A stretch of DNA of 41,183 bases, taken from NCBI RefSeq assembly GCF_001194135.2, contig NC_068983.1, positions 97,354,772 to 97,395,954 on the forward strand. Reading direction: 5' to 3'. The DNA is from Octopus bimaculoides (lineage: Eukaryota). The translations under genes were made by a program, and so were the position numbers. This document shows positions 1-9,877 of this stretch, piece after piece (within the stretch, counting starts at the first letter, position 1; every line of letters starts with the position of its first letter). The notes beneath the pieces are model-generated. The model had not been told where the DNA came from, did no database searches, and worked only from the letters and a program-made list of their open reading frames with translations.

Positions 1-478
1 ACTAGAGAATGTTGAAGAAACCATAAGAAAATTGTGTTTGTTTTAAAATTTGAGATCACAAAGACAGTATTTTACGTAGGATATGGGCAGTACCCATGAG
101 CACTATCTTTTGAACTTCAGCCATTTTGGGGTTTCCTGGTATCTGAGCTAGGTAGTAATCAGCCCGTTTCGCTATCATTCCCAGGGCACCTATGACAATA
201 GGTATTGTTTTAGTCTTCAGGTTCCACATTTTGCTAATTTCTATTTCAAGATCTTTATATTTGCTCAGTTTTTGGTAGGTCTTGACAGATACGTCTATAT
301 CGATTGGGACAGTCATATCAATGAGGATGCAGGATTTTTGTCTGAAGTCTTTCAGTATGATGTCTGGCCTATTTGCATCTATCTTTCTGTCAGTTTGAAT
401 GGTGAAGTTCCCACCAGTTTTTATCATAGGGCAAGTCCAGATTTTTGCATATTACCCAGTGAATATATTGTGCAGCTC
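1..478 (-). mobile_element. R4/Dong-like non-LTR retrotransposon 3' fragment (RLE endonuclease domain), 5'-truncated, 3' UTR runs off the window
   Basis: Minus strand reads RAAQYIHWVICKNLDLPYDKNWWE, then after a short deletion/frameshift FTIQTDRKIDANRPDIILKD...CILIDMTVPID...KLSKYKDLEIEI.KMW...TIPIVIGALG...RKILSL-stop (56). The RPD...D...K..KY..L signature is typical of restriction-like endonuclease LINEs. Confidence 0.9.
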
Positions 479-531
479 TATTATTATTATTATTATTATT
501 ATTATTATCATTATTATTATTATTATCATTA
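479..531. repeat. (ATT/AAT)n microsatellite
   Basis: Direct reading; abuts the 5' truncation point of the R4-like fragment. Confidence 0.97.
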
Positions 532-905
532 TACTGTGAGTCTTCCACGCTAGCTTCCTCTCCGTAACTTACAAAGCGTTCTGGCTTGTTTACAAATATT
601 ATATGTAGTATTAGATAGTTTAAGTATATATTCATTAAATATGTCTGAAATTGATGGGTGAGCGGTTAGTCCATTCGGATGCGCCGAGATCCATCAAAAT
701 GTTGATTTGTGGGTTCGTTTCTGGTTCGATACTGGCTAGAGTTAGCTCAACATTTTTCAGTCATTTGTTTGTATTTAAGAATTGACGCTATTATTATGAT
801 ATGTTATTATACAGTTATTATTATACTATGAGTCTTCTATTAAGCTTTCCCTCCGTAACTTACATAACCTTTCTGGTTTGTTTACAAATATTATATGTAG
901 TATAT
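528..905. repeat. Unclassified ~290-bp repeat unit plus a partial tandem second copy
   Basis: 528-612 (attatactgtgagtcttcc...cgtaacttac...gtttacaaatattatatgtagta) recurs diverged at 820-903. Confidence 0.6.
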
Positions 906-957
906 ATANNNNNNNNNNTATAAAGAGAGAGAGAGAGAGAGACAGATATATATACAT

Positions 958-1292
958 GATTTGCAGACGGCCCCACAGATTATACTCCACAAAGGATTGT
1001 TATACGAAGTGGCTGACTTTGTCTTTGCTCTTAGTTCTTTAAGATGGCACAGATGGTCCAATTCATTGTTCCTTATGACTTTACAACAAATTGAAATTCA
1101 ATGCAATCTTTTGACAAATGTTTCTGGTGGACCTTTTGTCACTTTCAGGTTAGCTTTCATCTTATCCTTCTAACTTAGCCCTGGTCTTCTTATGCTTCTC
1201 CTTCCATCAAGGAGCCGGCTATACGCAAGGACCTTTTGAATTCTGTCGACCCTCATTCTGGCGACATGACCAATCCATTTTAATTGAGATTG
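958..1292 (-). mobile_element. RTE-clade LINE C-terminal fragment (decayed)
   Basis: Minus strand SQLKWIGHVARMRVDRIQKVLAYSRLLDGRRSIRRPGLS*KDKMKANLK, ending with ICGAVCKS. This matches the RTE C-terminal L.W.GHV.RM...R.PK...Y..L..G.R..GRP motif and terminal Cys motif. Confidence 0.8.
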
Positions 1293-1704
1293 GATAGATA
1301 AATGGATGGATAGATAGATGATGGATGGATGCATGCATGCATGCCTTTTGCCAAGGTATATCAACAATCGATATAAATATCGAAGAGAAAACAGGAAACA
1401 CAGTCGTATGAGAACATATATACATGGGATATTTGTTCTGCATCGAGCTATAGACATTTTCTCCTTCATATGTGCAATGAACCCATAATTATTCTGTTAC
1501 GAACTTGTATCCAATGGCGCTTTTGTTCATGAATTGCGATAATTTCATAGATAATCCAAAGTGCTGATTAATGTGGTCAACAAAAAACGGGCAAGGAGAT
1601 AGTCAACAAACCATTTAGATTCTATAAACAAATATATGTCAAAATGGTCGATGTTATATCAATGGTTCATAACAGCGTTGCCATTGAATACTTTATAATT
1701 CTGC

Positions 1705-2074
1705 TTTCAAAATTTGGCACAAAGCCAGCAAGTTTGGAAGAGGGAGTAAGTCGATTACATCGACCCCAGTACGCAAATAGTACTTATTTCATCGACCCTG
1801 AAAGGATGAAAGGTAAAGTCGACCACGGTTCTGTCATCTCGCCGCTTTATAATATTGATTTCAAATTTTGGCGCAATGCCAGCAATTTCGAGGGACGGGA
1901 ATAAGTTGATTATATCGACCCCCACTCCAAGTGATCAACTGGTACTTATTTTATCGACACCAAAAGGGTGAAAGGCAAAGTGGACCTCGGTGGAATTTGA
2001 ACTCAGAACATTATGTCATGAAATGCTGGTAAGCATTTTGTCCGGCGTGCTAACGATTCTGCCATCTCGCCGCC
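1705..2074 (-). mobile_element. SINE family B: two tandem copies (1705-1845 internally deleted; 1859-2074 full)
   Basis: Reverse complement matches the family consensus seen across the window: ggcggcgagctggcagaatcgttagcac...gagttcaaattcc...gtcgactttgcctttcatcctttcggggtcgataaaataagtacc...ttgtgcc. Confidence 0.9.
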
Positions 2075-2689
2075 CTAAATTGCTTTATAATATTGAAGAT
2101 AAATCTGAATGTAGATTGGACATAAGATAGTGAATCCTTGTCGTTCGATAAATTTGATTTCAGTTGTTCGATATATTTAATTACCCGCTCATTGAACTAA
2201 CTTGTATGAAATGGGGTATTCCTCTGACATATATTCACATAATATAGTTCTCATGTAGAATTAGTATGAAACAGGATCTGAAAGGCTTTACTTATTGAAT
2301 ACTGGTATGCAGTTTCTATCATCCCAGTTTCACTCATAATGTATGGGTCAATTCGAAATTATTGGCAATGATATTTGTCCAAAACGCCACACAGTGAGAA
2401 CGAACCCCGGATCTCTTGAAATAAATATGTGAAGCAATCAAAATGCCAACGTATCGCTTCAACACTATCCTTAAGAACACATACTCATCTCACTCACAAA
2501 CACACAAAAACCATGAGTTGCATAAATTATCTCATTAGCCCGAAACTCAGGTAAAGTAATGTTTATTTATAGATTTATAAACGAACAATTCAGTTCATTG
2601 AATGAATGTTGTCTCATTACAGCTAAAAGAACATCGGAATCTTTAGACTTGGTGTTGTGAAACTCCATTCGTTTACAGTACATAATAAT

Positions 2690-3090
2690 TTCTTCTACTA
2701 AAGGCGCAAACCCTGAAATTTTGGGGGAGGGGATTAATCGATTACATCGACCCCAATGTTTCACTGGTACTTATTTATCGACCCCCAAGAAATAAATGGC
2801 AGAGTCAATCTCAGAATATAAGGATGGACGAAATACCGCTAAGCATTTCGCCCAGCGTACTAACGTTTCTACTAGCTCACCGCCTTGTTGGCAGTATATA
2901 ATAATGATTTCTAATTGTTGCACAAAATAGGTACATTGATGACTACAATCCCAAGTATTTGATTGATACTTTATTTTACCCTGGTTGGATGAAAGGCAAA
3001 GATGACCTTGGTGGGATTTGAGTTCAGAGCGTAAAGTGACGAAATAAAAGACGCAAGGCAATTTTCTAATGCTCTCACTACTCTGCCAGA
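2690..3090 (-). mobile_element. SINE family B: two tandem copies (2690-2885; diverged 2910-3090)
   Basis: Same consensus motifs on the minus strand. Confidence 0.8.
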
Positions 3091-3154
3091 TAGCAGAAAA
3101 ATAAAATCCTTTGTGTTCCAATACATTTTTATCTCGACTTGCTAACTTAGATAT

Positions 3155-3375
3155 AGAGTGGAGCATATATGTAGTCACCTGACCTGCAAGGAATAGCTGC
3201 CAATTGTACCTCAAATCAAACTCTACCGTCTTAAATAATGGAAGAACACATCTGATAATGTAATCATAGATAGATAACTACACGGTAACGGTGTGATAAC
3301 GGCTGACATGTTTTTAAGAATTTCTTTACCTTGATTGCAGCTGACATGGGTTTAAAAAACAACGCAACCAACAAC
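3155..3375 (+). mobile_element. Probable SINE-like repeat (family D) 3' part; related fragments at ~19520-19690 and ~38995-39085
   Basis: Shared motif gtcac(c/t)tgac(c/t)tgc...aat(a)gc(a/t)gcca...cttaa at three loci; ends in an (AAC)-like tail. Confidence 0.5.
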
Positions 3376-3974
3376 GTGCAAGAACAAAATTGGATAGTGA
3401 AAACAAAAACAACATTCATAGCTTCTCAAACTACACTCAGTTGTATCATTGAGCACAATACTGTACACTCCGAAAAGCCTGTGTGTAGTGGCTGCTCCGC
3501 AAGGTAAAAACAATGTATATCTTGAACAATGAAGACATTTAAATTCAAAGAAACAAGAAGGAAGAGAGCTAAGAAAGGAAAAGAAAGAAAAGGAAGAATT
3601 AAAAGAAAGAAGGTAGTGAAAGAATCGGAAGATGGAGGAGGAGGAGAAGGTGATGGGCCACATATTCCAGAACAAGTGAGGTGCTCAGTTGTGCTCCGAG
3701 GTAATGACTGCTATGGAGTTGCCGCGGAGTGTGGCCAGTGATACTTGCTGCAGCAGTCACTCCACCTCATTTCTCCGACGGGCAGCCGTTATCCCTATTT
3801 TGTGGAAGAAATAACCGGTTGTATGGAGTAGTAGAACACCTGACATCTCGACAGTGACTGGCACAAACTGATAGCGGCCAACCTAACCCCTGCATTCATT
3901 GAATCTTCTCTCCTCTGCGTTACGAATAGGAAGATTATCCCCTCGGTGCACTTACCGTCCCCGCGGTCGAGACC

Positions 3975-4204
3975 TGTTTGCTCAAGTTGAGACGGGAAGT
4001 CATATTGACTCTTAAGGCCGGTTTCCCGGTTTCATGGCATACATATTCCCCACCTGGACAGGATTAGCTCATTTTTGCCAGCTGAGTGGACTGGAGCAAC
4101 GTGAAATGAAGTGTTTTGCTCAAGAACTCAACGCGTCGCCCGAATCGAAACTACAATTTTACGATCATGAGTCCAGCACCCTAACCACTAAACTACGCGC
4201 ATCC
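3975..4204 (-). mobile_element. SINE family C (tRNA-like head plus CORE/V-like central domain)
   Basis: Minus strand ggatgcgcgtagtttagtggttagggtgctggactcatgatcg...gtttcgattc (A/B-box-like), then gttcttgagcaaaacacttcatttcacgttgctccagtccactcagctgg. Related copy at 40233. Confidence 0.75.
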
Positions 4205-4653
4205 ACATTCAGAGCGGAGTGTCGGGAGGATCGGCAGACGCTAAGAGTGCAGGATAAAGGGTGCACTAAACCACTGCAACACCAAGCTGGGGTTTTACAT
4301 TCTGTAAACTGAGACTAGACGCCCGGGATGGTTACCGTCTTTAAAACCAGCCACTTGCTAACTATTATAAAAAGAAATAAAGAAATGAATAAAACTTGAA
4401 GACGAAGAGAGAATAAATAACAATGACTAATAGATTCAGAGTCGTTGAAATTTCAGTTCCGTACAACAGAAATAAGACAGGAGAAGAAGTTAGAGAAGGA
4501 GACTAGCAGCGGATAAGCAGCTAAACAAACTACCGCCATGATAGATTTGATTCATGAAAGAGGTCAGTGGAGATGCTCTCAAATCGTCATTCATCATAGC
4601 TAATTACTGTGTCCTTCAGAAACCATCATTCCAACACTGCTTGCTGCTTTGCA

Positions 4654-4720
<67 letters not shown>
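4654..4720. repeat. (ATT)n microsatellite
   Basis: Direct reading. Confidence 0.97.
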
Positions 4721-4721
<1 letters not shown>

Positions 4722-4969
4722 CATTCCATTCCTTTTATCACTCTTAACAGAAATACCTCTTTGAAGGAGTGAGCATTATCATTGTTAGCGTTGTCTGCAA
4801 CAATACTACCGCCATTACTACGCCCACCACCACCACCACCAACAGTGTTATCATCATCGTTCACAGAAATTTTATAACTTACCCTATCTCTTTCAATCAC
4901 TCTCTCTCTCACTCTGTCTCTTGGCCTCTCTCTCTCTCTCTATCTCTCTCTCACTCACTCTGTCCCTTG

Positions 4970-5045
<76 letters not shown>

Positions 5046-5143
5046 CCCCTGTATTTATTACGCACGGCTGCCATTTTAAAATGTTAGACGCAATATTACT
5101 GACAGTGGAGCTGTGTTAGAATGTACCTACTCTACTCCCCTTC

Positions 5144-5182
<39 letters not shown>

Positions 5183-6329
5183 GCACACACAAACACACAT
5201 TTACACACATCGATATAAACACCATACATTTTATACTAAAGCTGCTACTGTTGTTGTTATTATTATTATTGTAATTTCTGTCCATTCCACTTCTTTCTCT
5301 CAACTCACACTTCTACCCTACGTAACACCACCTCCAGTTATTTTTTTGTCTTTTCTTTTTCCATTTTACACCGGGTTCTTTTTTTCTTTCCATTTTTACT
5401 TTTACTTTCTTTTCTCTCCGTCAACTTCTCACCCTATCTACATCTCTATTTCCCCCTACACCTCCAATTAAATTGATAAAGCTGTCTATTTATTTCGTTT
5501 CCTTCTCGACCTCCAACACCTCAACACACCTCAGTCTCTTTTGGCGCACTTGTCGGCCTATAATGATGGATGGTGACCCGGTGCAGTTTAAACAGTGGCT
5601 ACTGATAGTGTGCTAATGATCAGGACCTGTCTGAAATGTTATTGACTTCTTTGCTATTCTGTGATTAGAATCTGATGATAACTACAGTCAGGAAATAAGG
5701 AAGGCAATAGGCTGTTCCTTCCAACTAATTGTAGACGCTCTCTACTTTACTGACCAATGAAAATGAAATACAATCGTTTTATTTATTTTTTTTTTTCATT
5801 TTGCAACGAATGAAATCTATTTTAGTTTACTCATAGAGATTTGCATGCGAATACACTTACGAACACACAAACACACACACACACAAACGCACACACACAC
5901 ATACACACACAAACGCGCGCACACAAACACACACACAAACACACACACACACAAACACATACACGCACACACGTGAGTTGACGTCATCGACATGATATCA
6001 ACCACGTGACCTATCACTTGACCAAGCAATGCACCAGCCACATGAACAATTAAAAGTGAATAACAACTTTGCNNNNNNNNNNNNNNNNNNNNNNNNNNNN
6101 NNNNNNNNNNNNNNNNNNNNNNNNNNNNNNNNNNNNNNNNNNNNNNNNNNNNNNNNNNNNNNNNNNNNNNNNNNNNNNNNNNNNNNNNNNNNNNNNNNNN
6201 NNNNNNNNNNNNNNNNNNNNNNNNNNTATATATATATATATATATAGGTATGTATGTATATATATAGGTATGTATGCATGCATGTATGTAGGTATGTATG
6301 CATATATATTTACATGTATATATATATAT

Positions 6330-6885
6330 TTCAAACAGGGTCAACGTTTTACAGTGAAAAGCAACTTCACATGTGCTTCGGAGAACCTGATATATGTATT
6401 AGCTTGTTCTGGGTGTCAAGAGGAATACATAGGCCAAACCAAAAACAGTCTACGTCAAAGGATGGCTCTACATAGATCCCAGATCAAAATTCGGAAATAC
6501 AGAAAAATAGATTTCAGCGAACGCATCGACATTTGAGCCAATAACAAACAACCCAGCTTCAGAATTTTCCCTCTCTATCAATTCAGGGAAGATGCAACCG
6601 GTAGTCAGCGTGTTAATAAAGAGCCATACTTTATCACAAAATATAAGCCCCTTTTGAATGCGTCCACGACAAATGACACTATTACAAGGGCCTTAGAATA
6701 AAACCCACGCAAATATTAAAAGCGATATATTCAGAACAGTCACTACCCATGAATTTATTCAGAACAATTCCAATCACTACTATTACAACCACAATGGGTC
6801 ACTTTTAGATTACTTGACCATTTAAGAGGATTCCACTAACATCCTTCTACTATCATACCACTCTGCATTCTTCTTCTTCTTCTTA
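6330..6885 (+). mobile_element. Penelope-like element 3' fragment: GIY-YIG endonuclease remnant (6330-6701) plus 3' region
   Basis: FTVKSNFTCASENLIYVLACSGCQEEYIGQTKNSLRQRMALHRSQI...ERIDI*ANNKQPSFRIFPLYQF...NKEPYFITKYKPLLN. Shows the IY...YIG motif, catalytic R, Cys pair and E..FI...P.LN end of PLE GIY-YIG domains, with one premature stop at 6534. Confidence 0.88.
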
Positions 6886-6903
6886 TATATATATATATAT
6901 ATG

Positions 6904-7146
6904 TCCTTTGACGTAGACTGTTTTTGGTTTGGCTTATGTATTCCTCTTGACACCCAGAACAAGCTAATACATATATCAGGTCCTCCGAAGCACATGTGAA
7001 GTTGCTTTTCACTGGAAAACGTTGACCCTGTTTGAAATATATATATATATACATGTAAATATATATGCATACATAACTACATACATGCATGCATACATAC
7101 CTATATATATACATACATACCTATATATATATATATATATATATAT
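6904..7146 (-). repeat. Inverted copy of 6227-6462 (GIY-YIG 5' part plus TA/TATG flank)
   Basis: Reverse-complement alignment by eye: 4 substitutions and 1 extra TA unit. Confidence 0.92.
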
Positions 7147-7360
7147 NNNNNNNNNNNNNNNNNNNNNNNNNNNNNNNNNNNNNNNNNNNNNNNNNNNNNN
7201 NNNNNNNNNNNNNNNNNNNNNNNNNNNNNNNNNNNNNNNNNNNNNNNNNNNNNNNNNNNNNNNNNNNNNNNNNNNNNNNNNNNNNNNNNNNNNNNNNNNN
7301 NNNNNNNNNNNNNNNATATATATACACATACACGTGCACACACGCACACACACACACACA

Positions 7361-7391
<31 letters not shown>

Positions 7392-7392
<1 letters not shown>

Positions 7393-7538
7393 TGACAGAC
7401 TTGTTTCAGTTTCCTTCTACCAAATCCGCTCACAAAGCTTTGGTCCGCTCGAGGCTATAGTATAAGACATTTGCCCAAGGTGCCACGCAGTAAGAATGAA
7501 CACGGAACCATGTGGTTGGTAGGCAAGCTACTTACCAG
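7392..7538 (-). mobile_element. SINE family A, 5' half
   Basis: Reverse complement gives tggtaagtagcttgcctaccaaccacatggttccg...gcgtggcaccttgggcaaatgtctt...gtgagcggatttggtagaaggaaactgaaac. Confidence 0.88.
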
Positions 7539-7747
7539 AGTCATAGAAATTTGCCTACGTGTTAGGCCTCTGCATCTGTGCTAATCTGTTTCGAAATGAA
7601 TTCCTCGTATATAATATTACCGAACTGCTTCGTAAAGCACTGACGCTTCTTACAGCTGGGAAATAGTTTAGTTGCGATTTACCCAGATGGGAGTACAGCT
7701 TGTACATTAATGCTGATACATGCATTAGTAAATGCTATTTGCTATAT

Positions 7748-7946
7748 AGGCACAAGCGTGGCTCGGTAAGGAGCTTGTTTCCTAACAACATGGTTCTGGG
7801 TTCAGTCCCACTGTGTGGTACCTTCGGTGAGCGTTTTCAAATATATCCTTGGGCTGTCCAAAGCCTTGTGAGTGGATTTGATAAACGGAAATTGATAGAA
7901 GCCTTCTTGTATATATGTATATGTGTGTGTATGTGTGTGTGTGTGC

Positions 7947-8031
<85 letters not shown>

Positions 8032-8235
8032 TAGTGTCTGTGTTTGTCACACACCACTGTTTGACAACTGGTTTTGGTGTGATTACGTACCCGTAACTTG
8101 AGAGCTCGCTAAAAAAGACCGATAGAATAAGTACTAGGCTTTGAAAAGAATAAGTACTGGGGTCGATTCAGTGGACTAAATATTATTCAATGTCCCAGCA
8201 TGGTCGCAATCAAATTACTGAAAGAAGTAAAAGAG
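7748..8235 (+). mobile_element. SINE family A, full-length with internal (TG)n
   Basis: tRNA-like head (gggttcagtcccact B-box), body, internal microsatellite ~7910-8030, 3' half ending in ...tgaaagaagtaaaagag. Confidence 0.88.
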
Positions 8236-8289
8236 TTTCAGTTATTCCAGCTTGTATTTGTGTGTGTGTGCATATGCATACATACATAC

Positions 8290-9030
8290 GCTAGGACACT
8301 CTATAATGAAATCTGTCCGCAAGGATAATTCCGAGGACAAAGAAATAAAAACCCATAAAATGGTGAAACCCAAAACCGCTCGTAATAAAAAGGAATACTA
8401 GTGAACCGTACCATTGAAGACCTCAATAAAATGTAAGCACAACAGACCTGATATAATGATTTGGAACAGAGAAGAGAAACTGTGCACAGTTGTACAAATT
8501 AGCTGCCCAGCGGATGTTAACATATAGCTGAAGATCAGTGAAAAAGACAACACCTACACTTACTTTATCCAGATTACAAGTTCAGGTTTATACCTGTAAT
8601 TATTGGCGCCCTGGTATATATAACACATTGCCTAAATACCAATCTTGAGAAAATAGGCTTCTCAGAACCAGAAAGGAGAAAGCTAATTCGAAGGCTATAA
8701 GTCCAGTCGATCACTGGAAATGTAAAAATCTGTAAAACTTACCAGAAGTTTATCATTTAAATATATATGAGCATGTCTAGATATGTAACTCTATACATGA
8801 GAATACATATATAAAACATACAAATCTGCACATACATACATACGTACATACGTACATACATGCATACATACATACATACATACATACATACATACATACA
8901 TACATACATACATACAAATAAAAATACCCTGTTGTTCATGTTGAAATTCCAATGAAGGAACCTTGGATCTAGGTTAGAAACCGGTTCTTTCTCTATTGGC
9001 GAGGAGTCTTGAAATAAACTAAAAGAATGA
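8290..9030 (+). mobile_element. Second R4/Dong-like RLE retrotransposon 3' fragment (different family), ORF remnant 8290-8760 plus probable 3' UTR
   Basis: ARTLYNEI / RKDNSEDKEIKTH...KEY**TVPLKTSIKCKHNRPDIMIWNREEKLCTVVQISCPADVNI*LKISEKDNTY / LYPDYKFRFIPVIIGALVYI...RL*VQSITGNVKICKTYQKFII*. Has the RPD and IPVIIGAL motifs; several stops and frameshifts. Assignment of 8761-9030 to the UTR is inferred. Confidence 0.85.
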
Positions 9031-9134
9031 CATACATACATACATTCATACATATATGTATGTATATATATACACTAAACACGTCGTCTACATCAAATGA
9101 TTTTGTTTCACAGCGCTCACAGCTGAGTGTGTGC

Positions 9135-9199
<65 letters not shown>

Positions 9200-9313
9200 C
9201 ATACACACGCACACACACACACACACACATTCGCAAAATGAGCCCCCTTTAATTTTGTTCAGATTACTTTAAATTTTGGTGCATCGAAGCAACACTGAAT
9301 TTTGATTACGATC

Positions 9314-9436
9314 AACCAATCACTCTATCTCCTAAATTAAAAAATCAGAAGATATTTGGAATTAAAGTTGGGAAATTTGGGTAATTTTAACCAATCAACT
9401 GACAGCGAAGCATTAACAGCTTGTTACCATGACAAC
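9314..9436. promoter_or_regulatory. Candidate NF-Y (CCAAT x2) plus RFX X-box motif cluster
   Basis: AACCAATCA at 9314-9322 and 9389-9397; GTTACCATGACAAC at 9423-9436 (X-box consensus GTTRCCATGGYAAC with one deviation). Confidence 0.4.
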
Positions 9437-9842
9437 CGCACATTGTGTTGTGTTCTACCCGCATGTTGGGTTGATTCTTCACACCACGAGATTTACTTCT
9501 CCCGCGTGTTTTGTTTTAATAAAACTTCATATTTATCAATTAGAATTTTGTTATACATATTTTTCGCCAATTGTCTTAATGTTTTACATATTTTTCATGT
9601 ATAGTAAAAGTTGTTTGCGATGTTTATACTGTTTCTTGGTATTATGAAGGTGAATGGAACATGTGAACTTAATACAGAAAATTTGACATTATTTTCGAAT
9701 TCTGCATGCAAAAACATATAAGTTACAGGTATTCTTTTCCTTGGGACAAATTCTTTGTTGACCAGTGTTATTCTTATCGTAGTTTACAAATCCATGCATT
9801 AAAACGTTTCTCAACTTTGAAGTTTTGGAGACAGACGCCCCT

Positions 9843-9877
<35 letters not shown>

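Noticed and set aside
6821-6844. Possible hammerhead ribozyme remnant in the Penelope 3' region (tttaagaGGAT-tccactaac-ATCC)
   Set aside because: PLEs often carry hammerheads and a stem II-like GGAT/ATCC is present, but the CUGANGA core has two mismatches and GAAA is missing. An RNAMotif/Infernal search of the family consensus would be decisive.
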